A stretch of 64,000 nucleotides of DNA, taken from Planctomycetota bacterium (lineage in GTDB: Bacteria; Planctomycetota; PLA2; JAEUHO01). Below the pieces are notes generated by a model that saw only the letters and a list, made by a program, of their open reading frames with translations, was not told the DNA's origin and searched no databases. The position numbers and the translations under genes were made by a program. The DNA lies in assembly GCA_050248855.1 (NCBI GenBank), contig JBFWRP010000005.1, forward strand, positions 128,001 to 192,000. Direction: 5' to 3'. Below, piece by piece: positions 9,390-18,217 of the stretch (within the stretch, counting starts at the first letter, position 1; every line of letters begins with the position of its first letter).

Positions 9390-9928
9390 ATCGCCAGAAG
9401 CTCCTGGAAGAGGTCGATGCACTCGCTGATGTAGTTGGTCGTCACGCCGCCCCACAGCGGGATGTCCTGCTCGAACCACCAGTCGCCGTCGTCGTCGACG
9501 GAGACGGAACCGAAGCGTCGCTGGTTGTTCCAGCCGTTCTGGAAGGCCGGGTTGGGCGGGATGCCCTGGAGGATGTGGACGAGGCGGATGCCGGACTCGC
9601 CCTCGTTGCCCACCAACACGGTCTGCTCGTGCAGCGTGCAGAGGAGGCGCCCAGGCCGGTCGACGCTCGCTTGGGGATCGAACGCCTTCAGCAGCGTCAA
9701 CAGCTCCTCGTCCGCCAGGCGCGTGCGCGGCGCACCGGTGGGGGTCGGCTCCGCCTCGGTGGGGCGCAGGCCCACGGCACGACGAATCACGTCGAAGGCA
9801 TGCTCGACATCGGCATCGGGAACGCGGGCGTCCTTCTCGTCGTCCGCGCCAACGCCCCCCAGCCAACCCGCGAGGCCGCCCGCGACGAGCAGCGCGATCG
9901 CCACGACCAAGGACCTGCCGGGCGTCAT
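9338..9928 (-). CDS. YbjN-like domain protein with N-terminal signal/TM
   Basis: NGWNNQRRFGSVSVDDDGDWWFEQDIPLWGGVT..YI..CIDLF matches the YbjN pattern; ATG overlaps the upstream stop. Confidence 0.65.
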   Translation of the reverse strand: MTPGRSLVVAIALLVAGGLAGWLGGVGADDEKDARVPDADVEHAFDVIRRAVGLRPTEAEPTPTGAPRTRLADEELLTLLKAFDPQASVDRPGRLLCTLHEQTVLVGNEGESGIRLVHILQGIPPNPAFQNGWNNQRRFGSVSVDDDGDWWFEQDIPLWGGVTTNYISECIDLFQELLAIYLEDVRALLPADPKGD

Positions 9929-10542
9929 CACTCGCCCTCCTTCGCCGTGCCACCGCCGCCGCCCTGCCCCCCCGCGGCGGCCGCCGCGGTAGCCGCCAGG
10001 CGCTCGTCGAGGAACTTGGTGAACGCGTCCGCCTCGCGCCCGAAGCGCGTCAGCACCTTCTGCAGCCGGAGCACGGTGGGCTCGGTCTCGGCCAGGAGCC
10101 CCCACTCGAGCGTGGCCACGTTGCTCCGTCGATCGACGTAGCCCAGGAAGAGCGCGGCGTTGTTCCACGCGTTGACGTGCTCGGCTTCGGCGACGGGCTG
10201 CGGGTAGCGGTAGCGCAGCAGCAGGTCCTCCCCGGTGCCCACGTGGAACACGAGGACCAAGCTGCGGCCCATCCACGTGAAGGCCAGCGCGTTCTCTTCG
10301 GAGCCGTCGATGGCCGCAGCCCCCCACCCCTCCAAGGCCGCGCGCACGTTGTCCTTGGTGCAGGGCGCGCCCGCCACGCCGTGGCGCACCGCGTCGCGCA
10401 GCGTGCGCAGCGCCTGCTCGACGTCCCTCGACGTCACGCTCTCGTCCTCCGCCCGTGCGCGTCCGGCGGCCACGAGGCCTGCACCCAGGGCAGCGAGCAA
10501 CACGACGGCAAGCCCGACGCTTGCGGTTCCTCGTTCGCGCAT
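9928..10542 (-). CDS. Secreted YbjN-like protein (divergent paralogue of its neighbour)
   Basis: GAGGAGG SD before ATG 10542; signal peptide; VNAWNN..LFLGYVD...ATLEW; shares an N-terminal DVE.A...R.AV segment with the downstream gene. Confidence 0.55.
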   Translation of the reverse strand: MRERGTASVGLAVVLLAALGAGLVAAGRARAEDESVTSRDVEQALRTLRDAVRHGVAGAPCTKDNVRAALEGWGAAAIDGSEENALAFTWMGRSLVLVFHVGTGEDLLLRYRYPQPVAEAEHVNAWNNAALFLGYVDRRSNVATLEWGLLAETEPTVLRLQKVLTRFGREADAFTKFLDERLAATAAAAAGGQGGGGGTAKEGE

Positions 10543-10562
10543 GGCACCTCCTCGCACGCGCC

Positions 10563-12233
10563 TCAGCGCGTGTCTCCGCGTCCTGTCGTCTCGGCCACGA
10601 GACGGAACCCGATGAATGCGTCAGGGCGGTCTGGTGGCCAGCCCAGGCGCGACGAAAGGCGGACGTCCGCGGGCGTGCTGCCCCACGATCCGCCGCGGAC
10701 GACGCGAAGGCGGCCGCGAGCCGGCCCCAGCACGACCTCCGGTCCCGTTGTCGCCGGCGTGCCGAAGCGATCGGCCATCCACTCCGCGACGTTGCCCCGC
10801 ATGTGGCGCAGGCCCAGGGCATTGGCGGTCAACCGATCCCGGGGCACGGGGCGCGGCGCGCCGTCCACGCCGTACGTACGCAGGCGCCACGCCTGGAACA
10901 GGGTGGCGGCGCCCTCGTCCCCGTAGTTGACCTTGCCGTCTTCGCAGCCGCCGGCGCCACCGCAGGCCCCCGCTTCGCGCGCCGCGTACTCCCACTCGGC
11001 CTCGCGCGGCAGGCGGTAGCGATGGTGTGGGTCCTTCTCGACCGACAACCACTCGGCGAAGCGCTCGGCGTCGCCGTGCCGCACGTTCACGACGGGCTGG
11101 TCCGGCGCGTCCAGGTCCACGCGTCCCACCCGGCCTGCGCTGTGCGTGCGGTCGTACGCCCGCCACATCGCGTTGTCGACCTCGCCGACTTGCAGATAGA
11201 AGGGCCGCTCGAAGCGGACTTCACGCCCGACTTCGTCGGAGAACGCGTCGGGATCGTCGGCTTCGGCACCCAGGCGCGCCGTGCCGGGCGGCACCAACAC
11301 GAAGCGCATGCCGAGGGCGTTCTCGAAGGCCACGGGCAGGTGCCAGCGTTCGGCGGCGGCCCATTGCGCCTCCGTGGGCTGCGGATGCCAGGCGGGCGCG
11401 GGCGCCGCGCGCTCGATCGAAAGCATGGCGGTCGCAGCGACCGCCTCGCCGCGCACGACCTCGACGGCGACCGTGTGAAGGCGCGGCTCCGTCAGCGAGA
11501 CCGTGACGTCGATGTTCCCGTCGCCGACCAGGCGATCGCAGAAGACGCGGTCGCCGACGCGCACGCGCAGGCGATCCGCCGGGTGGGTGTCGTGGAGCGA
11601 GCCCTTCACGACCACGGCGTCTGCACGTACCCAGGCCGTAGGCCCGGGCGCCGTGATCTCGAGGCGTGGCGTGCCCTGCGGCGTAGCGGGTCCGTCGGGC
11701 CCGCCGGCCCAGGGCGCCCAGGCCATGAGGCCGCCTGCGACAGCTGCGAGGGCAACGAGACCCACGACCAGCCAGGGCGTGCGTGCGGCGCGCGGCGGGG
11801 CCGGGGCAGGCGTGGCCGACGAGCGCTGGGGAGGCAACGGCGACCGGCCACCGAGCGCAGCCTGCAGCTCGGGGAGCACCTCGACGGGCTCGCGTCCCTG
11901 GGCCTCCACCCACTGGTGCTGGTTCGTGTAGAACTCGAGCTCCGGGGGCAAGGTCGCCCCGTCCAGGCGCACCGGAACGATCTTGCGCCCCTCCTCGAAC
12001 GCGCGCTTCACTTCGGCCAGCACGTAGCGCGACGCCGCCGAACGCTCGCTGACCACGACGACCACGGCGTGTGCTTCGCCCAGCGCCCGCACGATGGCCT
12101 CGACGAAGCGCTCGCCCGCCGGGATGTCGCGCGGCGCGATCCAGCAGGGGATGCCGCCGGACTCGAGTGCGTCGCAGAGCCCCTGCGTCCACACGCCGTC
12201 GGTCTTGGCGTGACTGAGGAAGACGTGCGACAC
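10563..12233 (-). CDS. TIR domain + TM + Ig-like + FGE-sulfatase (SUMF1) domain protein
   Basis: VFLSHAKTD...CWIAPRDIPAG..F.EAIVRAL...SAASRYVLAEV (TIR_2, catalytic Glu present); TM helix; YRLPREAEWEYAAR, ANALGLRHMRGNVAEW, RVVRGGSW, IGFRLV. Confidence 0.85.
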   Translation of the reverse strand: MSHVFLSHAKTDGVWTQGLCDALESGGIPCWIAPRDIPAGERFVEAIVRALGEAHAVVVVVSERSAASRYVLAEVKRAFEEGRKIVPVRLDGATLPPELEFYTNQHQWVEAQGREPVEVLPELQAALGGRSPLPPQRSSATPAPAPPRAARTPWLVVGLVALAAVAGGLMAWAPWAGGPDGPATPQGTPRLEITAPGPTAWVRADAVVVKGSLHDTHPADRLRVRVGDRVFCDRLVGDGNIDVTVSLTEPRLHTVAVEVVRGEAVAATAMLSIERAAPAPAWHPQPTEAQWAAAERWHLPVAFENALGMRFVLVPPGTARLGAEADDPDAFSDEVGREVRFERPFYLQVGEVDNAMWRAYDRTHSAGRVGRVDLDAPDQPVVNVRHGDAERFAEWLSVEKDPHHRYRLPREAEWEYAAREAGACGGAGGCEDGKVNYGDEGAATLFQAWRLRTYGVDGAPRPVPRDRLTANALGLRHMRGNVAEWMADRFGTPATTGPEVVLGPARGRLRVVRGGSWGSTPADVRLSSRLGWPPDRPDAFIGFRLVAETTGRGDTR

Positions 12234-12501
12234 GTGCGGGCGCCCTATCGGACCGGCGCGGCGGGCCGCGTCGGGGGCGCCCGGTCCTCGCCAGGCCGAA
12301 GGCCCGGTGTCCCGGCCCCGACGGCCCGCGCCGGGCCGCGCAAGAGGGCGAGGAGCAAGCCACGCGACATGGGAGCCTCCAGGCGGTGCTCGCCCACGCA
12401 GCCACGCCGGCCGAGCGGACAGGTCCACCCTCGGAGTTTGGGCGGGCGAGCGGGTGTCCGCAAGCGGCCCACGGACGGCCCGCCCTGTACCCTCGCGGCC
12501 C

Positions 12502-12937
12502 ATGACGACGAACCCCCTGCCGGCCCTCGGCCCCGTGGACCACATCGGCGTGGCCGTCGCCGACCTCGAGGCGGGCAAGCACCTCTACGGCGAGGTCTTC
12601 GGGCTCAAGCTGGTCTTCGAGGAAGAGGTCCCGACGGAACGCGTGCGCGTCGCCGGTTTCGACGGCGGCGGGCTCCTGATCGAGCTGCTCGCCTCCACGG
12701 ATCCCGACGGGCCCATCGGTCGGTTCCTCGCCAAGCGCGGTCCGGGCATCCACCACGTCTGCTACCGGGTCCAGGACGTGGACGCAACGCTCGCGCACCT
12801 GAAGGCGCAGGGGATCCCGACGCTTGACGAGACCTCACGACCGGGTGCGGGCGGGTGCCGCGTCGCGTTCATCCACCCGAAGGGCGCGGGCGGCGTCCTC
12901 GTGGAGCTGAGCCAGCCGCCGGCCGGAGGGAGCCGCC

Positions 12938-12948
<11 letters not shown>
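12502..12948 (+). CDS. mce: Methylmalonyl-CoA epimerase (VOC family)
   Basis: [46 protein letters not shown]; upstream of pcc genes. Confidence 0.92.
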
Positions 12949-14487
<1,539 letters not shown>

Positions 14488-14491
<4 letters not shown>

Positions 14492-16020
14492 GTGGCGCCA
14501 AGGTTCCCGCCATCCGCCCGATCAGGAAGCTGCTCGTCGCCAACCGCGGCGAGATCGCCGTGCGCGTGATCCGCGCGGCCCACGAGCGCGGCATCCGCAC
14601 GGTCGCGGTCTACTCGGACGCCGATCGCACGGCGCTGCACGTGCGCGGCGCCTACGAGGCCTACCGCCTCGGCCCTGCGGCGCCCGGCGAGTCGTACTTG
14701 CGCGTCGACAGGATCCTGGAAGCCTGCGAGGCCACGGGCGCCGACGCCCTGCACCCGGGCTACGGCTTCCTCGCCGAGAACGCCAAGCTTGCCGAAGCGC
14801 TGGCCGCGAAGGGCATCACGTTCGTGGGCCCCTCGCCCCACGCCATGCGCGCCATGGGCGACAAGGTGAGTGCCCGCAAGACGGTGGCTGACTCGGGCGT
14901 GCCGCTCGTGCCCGGCGCCGAGCTGCCCGAGCCCGGCAACGAGGCGGCGGTCAAGAAGGCGGCCGAAGCCGTCGGGTTCCCGCTGCTCGTCAAGGCCTCG
15001 GCCGGTGGCGGCGGCAAGGGCATGCGCCTCGTGCGCGAGCTCGGCGGCGTCGTCGAGGCCGTCAAGCGCGCGGCGAGCGAGGCCAAGACCGCGTTCGGCG
15101 ACGAGACCGTGTACTTGGAGCGCTTCGTCGAGGGCCCGCGCCACGTCGAGATCCAGGTCATCGCCGACGCGCATGGCCACACGGTGGCCCTGGGCGAGCG
15201 CGAGTGCAGCGTGCAGCGCCGCCACCAGAAGGTGATCGAGGAGACGCCGTCGCCCGTCGTCACGCCGCAGCTCCGCGCGCAGATGGAGGCCGCCGCCGTG
15301 GCCGCCGCCGAAAGCTGCGGCTACCTCGGCGCAGGCACCGTCGAGTTCCTCGTCGGCGCCGACGGCGGCTTCTACTTCCTCGAGATGAACACGCGCATCC
15401 AGGTCGAGCACCCGATCACCGAGGAGCGCTACGGCGTGGACCTCGTGGCCGAGCAGCTGCGCATCGCCGAAGGGCATCCGCTGTCGTTCGGCACGAAGGC
15501 CCCGACGCCCCGCGGCCACGCCATCGAGGCGCGCATCTGCGCCGAGGACGCCGACGCGGGCTTCCTCCCCAGCACGGGACGCCTCGGCCCGATCCAGCTG
15601 CCCGGCGGACCGGGCGTGCGCTGCGACGGCGCCGTGTACACGGGCCAGGACGTCACGCTGCACTACGACAACCTGCTGCTGAAGCTCATCGTGCATGCGC
15701 AGGATCGGCCGTCTGCCATCGCCCGCTTGCGCCGTGCACTCTACGAGACGCGGCTTCCGGGCATCACGACCAACATCCCGCTCCTGCTGCGCACGCTCGA
15801 CCACCCCCGCTTCGTCAGCGGTGACTACGACACGAGCCTTCTGGACGACGCCGCGCCCGCGGCGCCGGATGCCGACGACGTGCTGCCCGCCATTGCCGCG
15901 GCGGTCGCGCGCCACCGCCGCGTGGCCAAGCGCTCGTTCGGCCCCGAAGCGCCGGCTTCGAGCGGCCCCTCGCCGTGGGTCGCCGCGGGTCGTCGGCGCA
16001 CGCTCGGAGGGGGACTCTGA
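14488..16020 (+). CDS. Biotin carboxylase subunit of acyl-CoA carboxylase
   Basis: [63 protein letters not shown] overlaps the pccB stop. Confidence 0.93.
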
Positions 16021-16541
16021 TGCGCTACTACGTGACCTGGGCCGGTCGCGAGCGCGCCGTCGAGCTTCGGCCCGCGGGCGACGGCCTCGTAGCCATCGTC
16101 GACGGCGTGGAGCACCCGGTCGACGTGGCTTCCACCGAGGCCGGCGACCTGCTCAACCTGATCGTGGGCGGTGCCAGCTACACGTACGGCTGTCGCTTCG
16201 AGGACGGGCACGCCGTGCTCTCGTTCCACGACCGCGAAGTGCGCGTCCAGATCGAGGACGACCGCGAGCGCCAGACGCGCCTCCTGACCGGCGGCGGACG
16301 CGGCGGCGCCACGGGGGCCAAGGTCAGGAGCTCCATGCCCGGCGTGGTCAAGGAGCTGCGCGTGGCCGTCGGCGACACGGTCGCGGCGGGCGCGCCCTTG
16401 CTCATCCTCGAAGCCATGAAGATGGAGAACGAGATCCGCGCACCCGTCCCCGGACGGGTCGCGGCGGTCCACGTCACCGCCGGAGCCGCTGTCGAGAAGG
16501 GCGTTGCCCTGGTCGACATCGAGGCGCCGGAAGATGCCTGA
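16020..16541 (+). CDS. Biotin carboxyl carrier protein
   Basis: SSMPGVV...LEAMKMENEIRAP biotinylation motif; TGATG overlap with the upstream gene. Confidence 0.93.
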   Translation: MRYYVTWAGRERAVELRPAGDGLVAIVDGVEHPVDVASTEAGDLLNLIVGGASYTYGCRFEDGHAVLSFHDREVRVQIEDDRERQTRLLTGGGRGGATGAKVRSSMPGVVKELRVAVGDTVAAGAPLLILEAMKMENEIRAPVPGRVAAVHVTAGAAVEKGVALVDIEAPEDA

Positions 16542-16605
16542 GCGCCGGATCCGGGCCTCCAACAGGAGGGCCCGCGCCCCGTAGGAACCCGCGGGAGGCT
16601 CGTCG

Positions 16606-17436
16606 ATGCAACACCTCGCTCTCGTGATCGCCGTGGCGGCGCTGGCCGTCGCCGGCTGGACCTACCTGGAACGCCCGTCCGCCCCCGCGGCCGAAGTCGA
16701 TGCGGCCGGTACGGGGGCCCTGGAGTCCCGGCTCGAGGCCTTGGCCGACGAGATCCGTGCGCTGCGTGAGCAGCGTGGCCCCCTGGCGGGGCGCCCTGTT
16801 CCCACGGCTGCTCGCGGGCCGGGCCTCACGGCCCCGGAGCCGGCGCCGGCCGGCACGCGCGCCGAGGTGGTCCAGGGCACGATCGAAGAGCGTTTGGCCG
16901 AGCTCGAGTCCTGGCGCGAAGACCGCGAGGAGGCCGACCGCGACGCAGCCGCGGTGCCGCACTTCCGCAGCATGCAGCGCAAGATGATCACCGACGCGGA
17001 CTCGGCCCAGAAGGCCTTGGACCTGTCCGCCAGTCAGCGAGCGGACCTCGAGCGCATCATCGACGACACACGCCTCGAGATCGACCGCCTGATGGATACG
17101 CCCGACGAGGACGGCGTCACGCTGCGCAGCCTGCAGAAGGACACCGGCGTCTCGATCTCCGGGGGCGGCAGCATCGACATGTCCAAGATCCTGGCCAACG
17201 CCGGCAAGGTGCAAGCCTTCAAGAACCGCACCATCCCGGGCCGCAACGAGACCTACGCCCAGGCCGAGAACCGCATCCGCGACGACGCCAAGCGCCGCAT
17301 CCGCGACTCGCTCACCGAGGAGCAGCGTGGCAAGTACGACAACAGCTTCAGCGAGCCGCTGATCCCGCGCGCGGGAACGGGTGGGGCCATCAGCGTCGCG
17401 TTCGCGACGGACGTCGTGACGACCGACGAGAGCTGA
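16606..17436 (+). CDS. Hypothetical membrane-anchored coiled-coil protein
   Basis: GGAGG SD; N-terminal TM; coiled coil; LDLSASQ and SLTEEQ (LTxxQ-like) motifs; host-like codon usage. Confidence 0.7.
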   Translation: MQHLALVIAVAALAVAGWTYLERPSAPAAEVDAAGTGALESRLEALADEIRALREQRGPLAGRPVPTAARGPGLTAPEPAPAGTRAEVVQGTIEERLAELESWREDREEADRDAAAVPHFRSMQRKMITDADSAQKALDLSASQRADLERIIDDTRLEIDRLMDTPDEDGVTLRSLQKDTGVSISGGGSIDMSKILANAGKVQAFKNRTIPGRNETYAQAENRIRDDAKRRIRDSLTEEQRGKYDNSFSEPLIPRAGTGGAISVAFATDVVTTDES

Positions 17437-17971
17437 TCGGCGTGCCGTCGTGCGCGGCCTTCACGACGCGATGACGGCGCGGGTCGCGCAGATCCTCGAG
17501 GTACCGCCGTTCGGGGCCGAGCCCCCCGGGCGGCGCCACCACCTCCACGACGTGCCAGCGCCGCTCGCGCGCGAGCGATGCTCCCTCCCAGGCGCCCGTC
17601 ACGAGGCCGGCGCAGCGCTCGAGGTCGCTGGCCAGCTCACACGACCACAGCCGCACCACGTGCCAGCCCCCCTCTTCCAGCGCGAGCGTCTGCCGCCGGT
17701 CCCGCTCGACGTTGCCCCGGAGCTTGGCGCGCCAGAACGCCTCCCGCGTCCGCGGCGCCACGTAGTGCCGCGGGCAGCCGTGCCAGAAGCAACCATCCAC
17801 GAACACGGCCACCCGACGCCCACCATGCACGATGTCCGCACGCCCCGCGGGCGTCTTGGCATCCACGCGGTAGCGCAGCCCCCGCGCCCACAGCTCGCGC
17901 CGCAGCGCGCGCTCGGGGGCGGTATCCCGCCGCCCCACCCGCGCCATCTGCTCCGATCGGCTCATCGCCAT
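17390..17971 (-). CDS. vsr: Very short patch repair (Vsr) endonuclease
   Basis: RSEQMARV..RDTAPE..LRRELW.RGLRYR, VAVFVDGCFWHGCP, FWRAKL.GNVERDR, GW.VVRLW; C-terminal extension. Confidence 0.88.
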   Translation of the reverse strand: MAMSRSEQMARVGRRDTAPERALRRELWARGLRYRVDAKTPAGRADIVHGGRRVAVFVDGCFWHGCPRHYVAPRTREAFWRAKLRGNVERDRRQTLALEEGGWHVVRLWSCELASDLERCAGLVTGAWEGASLARERRWHVVEVVAPPGGLGPERRYLEDLRDPRRHRVVKAAHDGTPISSRRSSRRPSRTRR

Positions 17972-17992
17972 GCGCGCAGCGTACCGCTGCGC

Positions 17993-18204
17993 GTAAGCGT
18001 TCAGTCTCTGGCGTGCGAACGTGCGGCTCGCCAGATGCTCGGTCCCGCACCAGCATCGGCTCCTCGAGTGAACAGACCACGAGTCGTCGCCGATGCTGGC
18101 GCGCTACCGTCGCCCTGGCGACCCGATGCGTAGAGGTCGCGCCTCGCTCCGAGCGGCGCCTACGCAGGCCTGACGGCTGGTTCTCGGGGTAGGTGAACGC
18201 TTAC
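17993..18204. mobile_element. 212-bp non-autonomous IS66-type MITE
   Basis: Perfect 11-bp TIRs GTAAGCGTTCA (17993-18003) and TGAACGCTTAC (18194-18204), flanked by the 8-bp direct repeat CGCTGCGC (17985-17992, 18205-18212). GTAA ends and 8-bp target duplications are IS66 family hallmarks. Confidence 0.8.
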
Positions 18205-18217
18205 CGCTGCGCGCATG

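Noticed and set aside
17993..18204. Structured guide-like ncRNA (HEARO/omega-type) for the adjacent HNH protein
   Set aside because: The hairpins are real, but TIRs plus an 8-bp target duplication explain the segment more simply as an IS66-type MITE. An RNA role is not excluded but has no support.
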